DNA of 62,000 nucleotides from Wallemia ichthyophaga EXF-994 (lineage: Eukaryota; Fungi; Basidiomycota): assembly GCF_000400465.1 (NCBI RefSeq), contig NW_008806283.1, forward strand, positions 60,001 to 122,000. Reading direction: 5' to 3'. Below the pieces are notes generated by a model. That model saw only the letters and a program-made list of their open reading frames with translations, was not told the origin of the DNA and made no database searches. Below, piece after piece: positions 34,951 through 46,110 of the stretch. Position 1 is the stretch's first letter. Every line of letters starts with the position of its first letter. The position numbers and the translations under genes are program-made.

Positions 34951-36675
34951 TCATCGATAGGCCATAGATGATCTCCACGCACTCGCCGTTGTTATCCGGC
35001 GTGCTTGGTCGTATGTTATGGCTCCTTGACGGTATTGGACGCCGGCATCATCTGTTGCATCTGTTGCATCATCGTCAGCACCCCCACCTAGCTGCTCTTC
35101 TATCATTTCCTCCTCATCAGAATCATTCATCGTGTCGTCACCCCCTCTGACCCCGCCAAACGACGCCGAGGTGCTGCCGACGGGTGTAGCCATGATGCTC
35201 GTCTGTTGAGGAGATGCCTCGAATGCAGCGAATGAAGACAGAGGCTTGCGTGAGTGTGAAGCACTAGCACTACTACCACTTGCAGCACTTGCACCGCGTG
35301 GTGGAAGTGCAGGTGCACCTGTTGTGAAAGAATATGAAGGTGGAGACGCGTAACGCTGCGAGAGATACTTATCAGTGAAACGCGATCCCGGTACCTAATC
35401 AAGTGAATTAACCAGCATATCAACTACACAAACACTCTAACGCACCCTTTTCACGACCCCTTTCGCCTCCTGTAACCCCGCTACACCCCTCCATACCTGA
35501 AAGTTATGTTCAGCTTCCGGGCTATCTCTGTAGATGTTCTCTACGTGTATCCTTCCCGTATTTTCATTCCTTAACATGAGAGTTTCGTGGAGTGCGCGTG
35601 CGACATCGTCGACGCTCTCATGCATCCCGTGTACGCGCTCGGCGACCGCCCCACCCACTTCTCCGATAAGTCTCTCCATATCCATCTGTTCAAGGGCACT
35701 GCCGATGATGACCTGAGCGAGGAAGCTGGCGGAAACGAGAGGAATGAGCAGCCCGCCCGTGAGATCGGCGAGTGCGCGAAAGAAGTCGGTCGCATACTGG
35801 TACCCGCTCAGAGCAGGCTCGCAAGCGACTACGAAGAGCGTTATAGAGGAGCTCGCCATTGCGCGCGCTAGTTGAAGCGGGTCGTAGCCGCAGGGAGAGC
35901 CGTCGGGAAAGCCATCACCATACTCCCCTATACCGTGAGGTGGAGCATCCGCTACGAGCACTGCCATCTTGCTCGCATGCGCCCGCCATGGCATCGCATA
36001 TACCGCCTCGCGCATAGCTATCGTTACACCTTCTGGCCCGTCGCCGCCGCCGGATGCATAGAGCGACCTGTACACGGTGTAAGCGTAAGCCAGTGTACTT
36101 TTAATGATAAAGTGATGCACTGATGCTCATGTCGTCATCCAACTTGAGCCCCTATCACTCACTGCTACCTACTTGAGATTCTCGCGCATTTCGTCATAGT
36201 CGTGCGTAAAGCCAAAGTTCTTGAATTCATACGTGTAGTCCTGTGGTTTGCTGTCCTGGGAGGGGTGAGAATGCGTTAAGACACGCAGTGACACCAACTC
36301 GGTAGGAAATCAAACCCAATCTCAACGCGGACTCGCCGATCAGCTTCTGTGAGTGTATAATAGACTGGCATATATCGATAACGTTCTTTGTGGCGTTGTC
36401 GAGGTAGCTGCCCATACTACCGGTGGAATCCATGATGAAGAGTAGATCGCTGGGTATTTGAATGAGGAGAATACGATAATATATATTCATCCACGTACAT
36501 GCTTGTGCTGGTGTCGTTGACGTGTATATCCTCGTATCCAGCCTTCTGGGGCAAGTCAACGCCTGGAGAAGCGTGGTAGAGCGGGATAGCGGGCGGAGTG
36601 GGAGTATCAGTATCAATGTCCTTGTAATTGGTGAGTGGTTTATGCGTGGTGCGTGGTGCTCCCTATACACACCAT
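34951..36675 (-). CDS. von Willebrand factor A domain protein (alpha-kinase vWA-like)
   Basis: DLLFIMDSTGSMG MIDAS motif, ASGGGDGPEGV, VLVADAPPHG, GYDPLQLARAM; multi-exon; first coding exon is only ATG. Confidence 0.85.
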
Positions 36676-36730
36676 TTGATAGTGGTGGAATGGGGGCAAG
36701 CGGTTAATTACCCACCACCACCACACCACC

Positions 36731-37840
36731 ATGGATAACAAGCGTAGAAACGATGAATCCCAGGAACATCAATCGCAATCCAAGAAACCGAGAAGGAAGA
36801 ACGTATCCAGCGCGTGCTTGTATTGCAGGAGAAGCCACATGACTTGCGATCAAGGAAGGCCGTGTCAGCGATGCATAAAGCGTAACATACCCCACTTATG
36901 CCACGATCCACCTAGCAAGAAGGATGATAATGATTTGGATTCATTCGATGCACATACTCAGCCCATACAGCCCACTCAGTCCACTTTAGTACAGCCCCCA
37001 CCAACCAATACCAGCCTTGGCTTTGATTTGGAGTTCGGCGGTAGCTTGGATGACTTGCTCAACGCACTTGGAATGCCTGAAAATCTTCATCCCAACTCAA
37101 TGTCTAACAATATACCTTACGCAGCGGCATCCACTAGCACCACCAACACTAATGGTATATCCCGTGCTCAAACTCCAAGCTACATACAGAACCCGAAACA
37201 CCGCTTCTTCTTCACTGCTGCTAATCCACCGATCCATTCCACCAGGGAGGAGCGACTGAAAGCTGTCCTTACTGCTAAACACGAAGCTGGTCTACTTAAA
37301 CCATTTAATTACGTCAATGGCTACGCTAAGCTTGGTAACTACCTTAACCAATCTGTTTCACCGCGAAATCGAGTGAAAATTCAATCATATTTGTCACGTA
37401 TCAGATCACAATTCGCTAACATCGCTTCTAATCTCTCGGAATGGGATCTCACAACTACAGAAGAGAGTTTTGAGAGACTGCTACTCGATTACGATAGAGT
37501 CTTCTCCATGATCGCCCTACCTAGCTGCTGCTGGAGACGAACAGGTGAAATATACAAAGCTAATAGGGAATTCGCAGATATAGTGGGTTGTGACGTCGAT
37601 ACACTAAAGACTGGCGAAATCAGCGTACACGAGTTACTCGACGAGGACAGCTTGACAAATTACTGGAGCAAATACGCTCAGTTGGCATTCAATTTCGAGA
37701 GTAAAGGTGTTCTTACTGCCGGATCGCTTATCAATAAACACAACTCCGCCTCGATTCCTTGCAATTTTAGCTTCAATATTCGCAGAGATGCGTTTGGAAT
37801 ACCGCTCATGATCGTCGCAAACTTTATGCCACTGTCGTAA
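36731..37840 (+). CDS. RDS2: Zn(II)2Cys6 gluconeogenesis transcription factor Rds2/AcuM-type with PAS-like C-terminus
   Basis: CLYCRRSHMTCDQGRPCQRCIKRNIPHLC; FFFTAANP..AGLLKPFNYVNGY; LPSCCWRRTGEIYKANREFA. Confidence 0.85.
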   Translation: MDNKRRNDESQEHQSQSKKPRRKNVSSACLYCRRSHMTCDQGRPCQRCIKRNIPHLCHDPPSKKDDNDLDSFDAHTQPIQPTQSTLVQPPPTNTSLGFDLEFGGSLDDLLNALGMPENLHPNSMSNNIPYAAASTSTTNTNGISRAQTPSYIQNPKHRFFFTAANPPIHSTREERLKAVLTAKHEAGLLKPFNYVNGYAKLGNYLNQSVSPRNRVKIQSYLSRIRSQFANIASNLSEWDLTTTEESFERLLLDYDRVFSMIALPSCCWRRTGEIYKANREFADIVGCDVDTLKTGEISVHELLDEDSLTNYWSKYAQLAFNFESKGVLTAGSLINKHNSASIPCNFSFNIRRDAFGIPLMIVANFMPLS

Positions 37841-38034
37841 TTAGCATTATGGCATTATGTATTCAATTAAGAGGTAGCGAGTAGGTTACAAGATCCGTAT
37901 CGCTAGGCGTGTTGGCGTTATCAAGAAATTTCAAATGTAAATATAAATTGAGTAATCAGGAGTAATTTGAGTTGATGATCATTAAGTGAGCCAGACGACT
38001 AAGCAATCCCTGCTCAGTGTTTGAGGTGCCAAAA

Positions 38035-38679
38035 TTATGCGGAGATAGGACCACTTGAGGAGCGCGATCTCACTGAGATGACGATGATGACAATCATAGC
38101 GAGGAAAATGAGTACTTTGAGGATGTTAAGTGGATGAGACATAAAATTTTCAAGCGGACAACTCACCAGTGTCAATCCACGTGAGACCCAAAATGGCGTT
38201 GAGGTGGTGACAATAAGTGTAGTCTGCGAATTTGCAGCTGACACCGCCACCAAGCTCAGCAGTGATCGCAGCAGCACCTGCAAGCCAAATACAGAAGGTG
38301 AGAACGACCCAAATGAGGCTGAAGTGGTTAGATGGGGAGAGTGGATCGATGAGAGACTTACTGTGACGCAACGCTCAATAGAACACCGCCAGAACCCATT
38401 GGAACAGCGAGGAATCCAACGAGATAAGCGGAGGCAGTCACTATAGTCCATAGTGAACAGACTGTGGCGGGTGACGGTGAGAATTTTCACAGCGTATAAA
38501 AGACACCACGCACACAAGATGTATCTGACAGTGTTGGAAACGCCCTCGCTTAGGAAGCTGTCGTCGCTGTTGTAACGATCAACGAGGAAAGCGGAGATGG
38601 ACATGAGGACGATGGAGAAGAGAATGAGGACGCCAAAGTAAATTGGGTGACCCTTCTTGATTGCTGTTTCTGTGGCCAT
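38035..38679 (-). CDS. MARVEL-domain 4-TM membrane protein (165 aa spliced)
   Basis: Introns 38513-38462, 38361-38319 and 38166-38115 give four TM helices (FCSLWTIV; FCIWLAGAAAITA; CHHLNAILGLTWI). Confidence 0.8.
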   Translation of the reverse strand: MATETAIKKGHPIYFGVLILFSIVLMSISAFLVDRYNSDDSFLSEGVSNTVRYILCAWCLLYAVKILTVTRHSLFTMDYSDCLRLSRWIPRCSNGFWRCSIERCVTVSLSSIHSPHLTTSASFGSFSPSVFGLQVLLRSLLSLVAVSAANSQTTLIVTTSTPFWVSRGLTLVSCPLENFMSHPLNILKVLIFLAMIVIIVISVRSRSSSGPISA

Positions 38680-39024
38680 TTTAAGATAATTCGATTATTT
38701 CGATGGTGGTCGTTGTGGATCAACAATTTTTGGTGACGCCGGCTCCAATTTAATCTTTGGTCGGTGGGAAAGGCGATGGACTGACGTGATGTGTGTGTGA
38801 TATGATATCGCTCATTGCTTGTAGATTCTGTATGCTTTGTGTGCCTTGTGTACTCCCCCTATCGCCCTCGTCTGCGTGTCGTTCACCCCTATAGGCTCGC
38901 AAAACGGCGAAAGTTAATTAGAAAAGAGATGGCTGGTGATAGCGTGAATATTTTCAATTCCTTCATTCCTTCATTTGTTTCCTCTTCTCCGATGATTCCC
39001 TCTCCTCGTTTTCCCCCATCAGCC

Positions 39025-42000
39025 ATGGTCAAGCGCAAATCAGAGGCAGCAGACACGGCAAACACGCCAAACGCGGCAGACGCGGCATCTGTACTCAAAT
39101 CGGCCTCATCCAAGAAGCACAAAACTTTCGACGACGCTGGCAGTACCAACAACGGCGCTGAGATCGACTTTCCTAGAGGCGGCGGCACTGGTCTTACCAA
39201 CCTCGAAACAGCACAAGCCAAGCAAGAGGGTAGAAGGGATGCCGATAGGGATGTTTCCTCCAAAAAGAAGCCAGCAAAGGTGCGTCCATTCCCCTTCAAA
39301 TCGTGCAATTCTAACACACTCGACAGAAGCCAGCAGCGAAGAAGCCAAAGAGAGATACTCAGAATGATAATGCTATCACTGATAAGATTAGAGTCGAGCA
39401 TCTCAACTACAAGCGGGCTGTGCCTGGTCTCAAAGTACTCGCACAAATCATTCAAATTACTCCAATCGAGCTTATCGTATCTCTCCCAGAGCAGCTCCTT
39501 GCTCACATTCCCATTACAAACATTTCTACACACTTCACAAACCGTTTGGATAACGCGATGAACGATGACAGTGACGATGACAGCGACCAAGAAGAAGACG
39601 CATCCGATAAAGAGGACGACTCTCTCCCTGAGCTAGATGATCTTTTTCATGTCGGTAGCTGGGTGCGTGCCGTCGTTTTACACACCCACAAAGACACAAA
39701 CTCAGGCAGAGTCAAGAAGGAAGGCGAGGAACTCATTAAAGCTTCCCGCAAGCTAGAGCTCACCCTCGATCCACGTAGTGTTAACGAAGGCCTCACCGCT
39801 AAAGACTTTGTCAAGGATTTCACCACCGTCGGTGCTGTCAGAAGTGTTGAGGATCACGGTTATCTGATTGACCTCGGTGTGTCCGACGTTGATGGTTTCG
39901 TCAGCAGTAAAGAAATGAACAAGAGCGGCTTCGATAAAGCCATCGCTGCCCAAGTTGGCGCTTTACTCCCACTGACAGTCACCAGCAAAACAAACAAAGT
40001 CGCAAACCTCACTCCTAACTTACATACTTTCGCTAAATCTTACATGAACGAGGCTAATACGCTCGAGTCTGTCATTCCTGGTGTACTGCTCAACGCTATG
40101 GTCACCGCTGTTCTTCCCGCCGGTCTCAATGTCCGTTTCTACGGTTTCTTTGACGGTACAATCAGTAGAGATCATATCCCATTTGAAAAAAAACCTCTGT
40201 CGGAGCGTTTCCCTGTGGGTAAGAAGATCAAAGCGAGGGTGGTGTTCGATCATCCAACGAGTAACCCCAAGCGGTTCTCCCTATCGCTCCTCCCCCACAT
40301 TGTACACCTCACCAACAGTTTGACGGAAGAGAGCGAGGATGGACAAACAATCTCAGACGCTTTCGCCAGAGGTAGAGTAGTTGAAGGTGTCCAAGTCATC
40401 ATGGTCGAGAGTGAGAAAGGATTGTTTGTGACTATACCTGATAGTACACTCATTGGATTCATACATATCTCGCAAATTGCAGACGACCACACTCCCTCCC
40501 TCAGTAGCAGCAGTGGAGCTACGAAAGTGGGTAGTACGCACACAGCGCGTGTCGTCGGAATAAGCTATGTTGATAAAGTAGTTCAACTCAGTATCAAGCC
40601 GAGCGTGCTACACAAGACGTTCATGAAAGTTTCAGATGCACAAGTGGGAGCTGTTGTAGATGGCACAGTGCGCAAGATGGCCGACGACAGGATGTTCGTA
40701 TCGATTAGTGGCAGTGTGGATGCTATAGTGTGGCCAGTACATTACTCAGATGTGAAGCTCAAACATCCCGAGAAGAAATACAGACCGGATATGAAAGTCA
40801 AGACGCGTATCTTGTCAGCGGAAGCTGACAAGAATAGAATTACGGCTACATTGAAGAAAACACTCGTTAAGAGTGACCTCCCTATCGTCACTAGCTACGA
40901 TCGCTCTCAGAAGAACACTATCACTCACGCTACCGTCTCCTCAATTAAAGAAAAAGGAGCTATTCTGGAATTTTACAATAACGTCAGAGCTTTCTTGCCA
41001 GTGGGAGAGATTAGCGAGAGTTACACTAAACATGCTCAGGATGCACTGCATATCGGACAGGTCGTCAAGGTAGTCATTATCAAGGTAGAGACTGAAGAGG
41101 GGAGAATGATGGCCAGTATACGTAAAACGGTGCCTAAGGAGGAGCGAGATGCTTTGGTGAAGGAGAGAAAGTCTGAGAAAAAGGAGGTGAATGAGGAGAT
41201 GAAGGTGAAGGAGGACGAAGGAGAGCAAGTTGCAGGTGACGAGGATATCGATATTGATAACGCAATAAACGAAAATAGTCAATCTGAATCAGACGGCGAA
41301 GCTGTTGGGTTGCAAGTCGAGGAGGAAAGCTCCGATGAGGAAGACGACGATGTAACGATGGAAGACACCACCAACAAGAAGCCCAAAAAGACTACAAAAG
41401 ACGTCGATTCTCTGAGTACTGGTGGATTCAATTGGGATGGAGAGAACGACAAGAAAGACTTAGAACAAGAAGGCACTAACTCAGACGACTCTGACTCTGA
41501 CAGCGACGCCTACTCTGACGCTAATGACGACGGTAAGCGCAAAAAGAAGCGCAAATCGACGAAGCACTTTGAGGGAGATCTCACCGCGACAATGAACGAA
41601 AAGCCGCCAGAATCCTCCAACGACTTTGAGCGACTACTTCTCGGTTCGCCCAACTCATCCTACGTGTGGATTCAGTATATGTCATTCCAGCTCAACCTCA
41701 GTGAGATAGACAAAGCACGTGAGATTGCCCAGCGTGCACTCAAGACCATCGGGTTCAGAGAGAGTCAAGAGAAGTTCAATGTATGGATAGCGCTACTTAA
41801 CCTGGAAAACACATTTGGGGATGAAGATACATTTGATAAGACATTCAAGGAGGCTGTAAGCTACAATGATCCACTCACAATGCACATGAAGGTGGCGGAT
41901 ATACTCGAGGCGAGTGAAAAATATGACAATGCGAATGAAGTTTATGTGAAAGCGACCAAGAAATTCGGCGCTCATATCATACTCTGGGTGAATTACGCTG

Positions 42001-42478
42001 AGTTTAAATTCCGCGTGGAAGATGCGAATGGAGCGAGAAGTCTGTTGACGAGGTCGCTCAAATCGCTCGACAAGAGGGATCGTGGGTTTAGCTGACTTAA
42101 TTTATTAGCAACAAGACTAACAAACAACCTACAGACGTCGCGTGTATTTCTAAATTCGCTCAGTTGGAGTTCAAAGTGGGCGACGCCGAGCGCGGGAAGA
42201 CAATATTCGAGGGTATTATAGAAAGCCACCCTAAGCAACTCGACCAGTGGTTCGTGTATATAGACATGCTCGCGCGGACAGAGGATGTGGCTGGTCTGCG
42301 CAATGTGTTTGAGAAGCTCCTTGCGCTCAAGCTGTCTACTAAAAAGGCAAAGAGTGTTTTCAAGAAGTGGCTCACCATAGAGAAGGAGATTGGTGATGAA
42401 AATGGTGTGAGGGATGTCAAGCAGCGTGCCGTCGCGTGGAATGAGCAGCGTGAACAACATGGCCAGCACGATGAATAA
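39025..42478 (+). CDS. RRP5: rRNA biogenesis protein Rrp5 (S1 repeats + HAT/TPR)
   Basis: EIDFPRGGG; S1 domains (VEDHGYLIDLG, GFIHISQIAD); PESSNDFERLLLGSPNSSYVWIQYM; LEFKVGDAERGKTIFEGI; two introns. Confidence 0.95.
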
Positions 42479-42548
42479 TTAGTAGATGGAGAGGGAGTGT
42501 ATTTATTTATTTAATCCATTTATAGATGCATATTACAAAGTGCTCAGA

Positions 42549-43916
42549 TTACATCTCCTCCGTCCATCCCTGGATAGCACTAATAGCGAGCTCTTGGGGA
42601 ACAGGTCTGAATCGACTCCAGCTGTCTTCTATGTTCAAACTCTCTCCCTGTGTGTCGACACCGAGCATATTCGAGTGCCACGCCTTAGGTCTACTACCAT
42701 CGACAAACAAGAAACCCAAACCCATTAAAAACGGCGACTGCTTATACCACAAAGCTGCGACTCTATCAAAGTAAGTGGCTAATTGACCATCTGGTTTGGT
42801 AGTAGAGCCGCTATTACCAGAAGGGGCATCTGGCATACCTTTTTCCGAGGCGTATGTAAGAGTGACAGAAACTAAATTTGGGAGGTGATCGATGAACGCG
42901 CAGCTGAAGCGAATCTCACCAACGAGACGTTCCTCGAGTGTAAGTTCAGGCGGAGCGAGGGCATTAGTGTTACCTATAGCTAGGCTGGAGAGTGTGTTTT
43001 TGAAAGGAGCGAGAGAGCTAACGATGTCAAGGAAGTCCATAGTGAAGAGTGTTTCATAGGCGAAGGATGTGAGGGGACGTCCCTCCAATACTTTTAGTGT
43101 AGACTGCACTTCCTCGAGACTCGAGTCACCGTCTTTATGTGGGATGTAGCGCAATCTCTTGAGACCCGGTGCGGTACCGTCGCTGCCAAGCTCCACTATA
43201 TCGTCGGAACGACCCTCGAAAAGTTCCAACAGAGGCAGTGAGCCATCTGGCAAGTCTTCCAGGGCTTCCGAAGACTCAAGTTGGTCGTTGGGGAGGCGCA
43301 ATTGACGTAGGTTGCGGGAATTCTCGAGACAGCTTCCTAGCACGGATTTGTTGGGGATGGAGCCTCTGATGGAGAGCGATTCGAGAGTGTGGATGGGTGG
43401 TAGGCGAAGATCACTCCACAAACCCTCGTTAGTAAGAATGGAGAGATCTTTGAGCTTCCTGAGAGTAGCTAAGGAATAGAGAAGTCGCTGGAATGACTCT
43501 TTCTCGGCGTGTGTCCACGTCGATGGACTGATAAGCTGGATAGCAACAGACTCGAGCTTTTGTAAACGTACTATCAATTCAGATAGCTCAGAATGGTCTG
43601 CTATGTCCATGCTGGAATCCAGCTCACGTTTCAAATCAGATTCTTGTTGGGTGGTTGGATTGCCTACGACTAAAGAAAGGTGGTGTACGGACTGGCAGTT
43701 GCGGGAAGAGAATAGGCCGGATTGAATGACTTTTGAGGTGTAGACGCCAGCTTCAAGGCTGAACAAACGCAGTTGGATGTTACTCAGGATAATGCTCTTG
43801 GATAGTTCAAGTAAGCGCTTGTTGGTTGTTCTAAGAGAGTAGACAGAGTCCAAGTCAAGGTAATCGTCTATTATATGGCTAATAATTTCATCGGGCAGGT
43901 CCAGGAATCCTCTCAT
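42549..43916 (-). CDS. F-box protein with LRR-like C-terminal region
   Basis: MRGFLDLPDEIISHIIDDYLDLDSVYSLRTTNKRL (F-box) followed by LxxLxxLxL repeats. Confidence 0.8.
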   Translation of the reverse strand: MRGFLDLPDEIISHIIDDYLDLDSVYSLRTTNKRLLELSKSIILSNIQLRLFSLEAGVYTSKVIQSGLFSSRNCQSVHHLSLVVGNPTTQQESDLKRELDSSMDIADHSELSELIVRLQKLESVAIQLISPSTWTHAEKESFQRLLYSLATLRKLKDLSILTNEGLWSDLRLPPIHTLESLSIRGSIPNKSVLGSCLENSRNLRQLRLPNDQLESSEALEDLPDGSLPLLELFEGRSDDIVELGSDGTAPGLKRLRYIPHKDGDSSLEEVQSTLKVLEGRPLTSFAYETLFTMDFLDIVSSLAPFKNTLSSLAIGNTNALAPPELTLEERLVGEIRFSCAFIDHLPNLVSVTLTYASEKGMPDAPSGNSGSTTKPDGQLATYFDRVAALWYKQSPFLMGLGFLFVDGSRPKAWHSNMLGVDTQGESLNIEDSWSRFRPVPQELAISAIQGWTEEM

Positions 43917-44025
43917 GGTTGTTATGTGCCTGGGGAGACCAGGAGAGACACCAAGCGAGAAGGCAGAAGTTTTTAATGTTTGATAGGAATAAAGATTAGA
44001 TATAAGATAAGGTAGAAACGTATTG

Positions 44026-44640
44026 TTACAAAGATGGTTGGCCACCTTGGATGAAGTTCTGAATAGTTGAGTTGTGGATTGGAGGATTGTGAGGTTGGAT
44101 ATGATTATTACTATTGCTATTACTGTGACTATGGCTATAACTGCGTCGGTGGCTTTGTCTGCCACTCCAATTTGAGCTTGAGCTGCTGCTAGTTGTGCTT
44201 GTTGTGCTACTGATGGATTTGATTTGAGTAGAATTGGACTGTGAGTATCTGTGACTGTGGTGATGGCTATTATTTCCAGGCTTAGAATCCACGCCGCTAC
44301 CCAACTTGAATCTCCCAAGCGATCGTTTAAAGAAGGCGCCGAGGCCACCGTGGCTTACTTGAAAATCATCCACAGGCTCACTATCATCAACAACCTTCTT
44401 CTTCTTGCCTCTCTTTCTCCTGTGCTTATCGTCGTGGTCATGATGCTCATGCTCATCATCGAGCTCAGTGATCCCGCCAATCAGACTATTCAACTCAGCC
44501 AGTTTTGCCTCCTTCTTGGCCTGCCGTTGTCTCTCTAGGTGCTGCTGATGAAGTGCTTTGCTGGCTTCTGTAGAGGACACCAAGTATCCATCGCAGGTGG
44601 ATTCTGTAGGCAGTGGCAGTTGCAGTTTATCTCTGTGCAT
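44026..44640 (-). CDS. Low-complexity 204-aa protein (charged, His/Ser-rich); separate gene or 5' exon of the F-box gene
   Basis: ATG ORF with RRKRGKKKK basic cluster and S/H-rich tail; no recognised family. Confidence 0.5.
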   Translation of the reverse strand: MHRDKLQLPLPTESTCDGYLVSSTEASKALHQQHLERQRQAKKEAKLAELNSLIGGITELDDEHEHHDHDDKHRRKRGKKKKVVDDSEPVDDFQVSHGGLGAFFKRSLGRFKLGSGVDSKPGNNSHHHSHRYSQSNSTQIKSISSTTSTTSSSSSSNWSGRQSHRRSYSHSHSNSNSNNHIQPHNPPIHNSTIQNFIQGGQPSL

Positions 44641-45125
44641 TCGGGTATATGATAGTTGTTGGTCGTAGTGTTAGCTAAACAAGTTGAATAGTTTCCGGTT
44701 TCGTATTCGATTAGTTACATCGGCCAAGACATGCAGACTGGCAGATACTTGCCATGTGATTTGCTTGTGTATAACGCGTAAATCGTGCTTGTTCTACGCG
44801 TGTATCATCCTCACAGACGCACCTTCCCTTCCCAGATCACCTCCCATGCCTTTCCACTTTCGCGTCTGACAGCCAGGCACTGACTTAACTGACAGCTGCT
44901 TTGCATCACCTGACTGCATCTGCATATGCACCTGCACCCGCTCTAGCTGACACAAATACAATCCACTCTCATGCAGGGTATAAGTGGGGTGTAGATCCAC
45001 GCACCCCAAAAAAAAACTCAAAGTAAAAGTAATTCATTGCATGTGTCGATGATTAACATGTCGTTAAGAGTGTCGTAACTTGCGTTATTGCATATTTATT
45101 AGTGTTTATGGTTATTCAAACTGAG

Positions 45126-45825
45126 CTACTGCACAACAAGCACAGGTAGCTTGGTCTGCTCAATCACCGCACTGCTCACGCTCTCGCTAAACAGTTTCTT
45201 CCATTTCCCGAGAATCCTTCTGCCCACGATAACAAGATTGACGTGATGGTAATTGCACACTCTAGGAATAGTGCTCTTAGGATCACCATGTGCGACGTGG
45301 ATAGTCATCTCAATCCCCTTCTTCTGCTCTTGAAGTGTCGCTGTCACTTCTTCCCTCCTCAACTTGAGCTTGTCGAGGGCGACTTGGCGATCCCTAAAGA
45401 ATGCATTGATACGCGGATCAATTGCAGCTCCATCAGTCTTTGCCTCGTCAACACCGACGTAGATTGAATAATCCAAGTGTCTCTCTAGTGGTTTAAGAAT
45501 CGTCACCAGGAACAAATGATCTCCGCTCTGAGTGAGGTTCTCCAAATAATACTCAAGCGCTCCAATAGACTCTGCACTCTCGTCGTACGCTATCAGAACA
45601 CGACGAGTATCACTGCCAAGCTCATGCCCAGACACACCCTTTACCGTGTGGTGCTCTGTTAATGGCAGTGAAGGTTCTCTTGCGCGAATTGGATCTGTGT
45701 TTGTTTAGCAACTCAAACTCCCGCTAAACGTACACTCATCGATTACCTGGTGGAATTTCCTCTTGGCCCTCTTTTTCAGGGAACTTGGACGCTTTTACTG
45801 AGCTATTGCCGAATATGTTGACCAT
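45126..45825 (-). CDS. Universal stress protein (USP) family
   Basis: RVLIAYDESAES..HLFLVTI..HGDPKSTI..NLVIVGRR..SVSSAVIEQTKLPVLVV; ATG 45825 joined through one phase-1 intron. Confidence 0.88.
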
Positions 45826-46110
45826 TATGTGTTGCGTGTTCGTGACTGTTACAATTCACACTATATATCCCATATTAACCCACCTCCTTCTCACGCTGCA
45901 CATCTGACCAGCAAGACATTCATGACATAACCTCCAAGACATTAATAATGCTTTTCACTCTCACCAATAGAGTTTCAATAAATTATATTTGTATGTGTAT
46001 TGTATTGTGTATATTACAAATGACAACAAAGTCAATAAAGCAAACAAAGATGAAAATTTAGCTATAAATCAAGTTCCATGTGACATTTGAGTATCCAAAT
46101 CAACTCACAC

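Noticed and set aside
43917-44348. 144-codon N-terminal extension of the F-box ORF (599-aa track entry)
   Set aside because: Starts at GTG and overlaps the 204-aa ORF in another frame across low-complexity sequence; the F-box motif begins right at ATG 43916.
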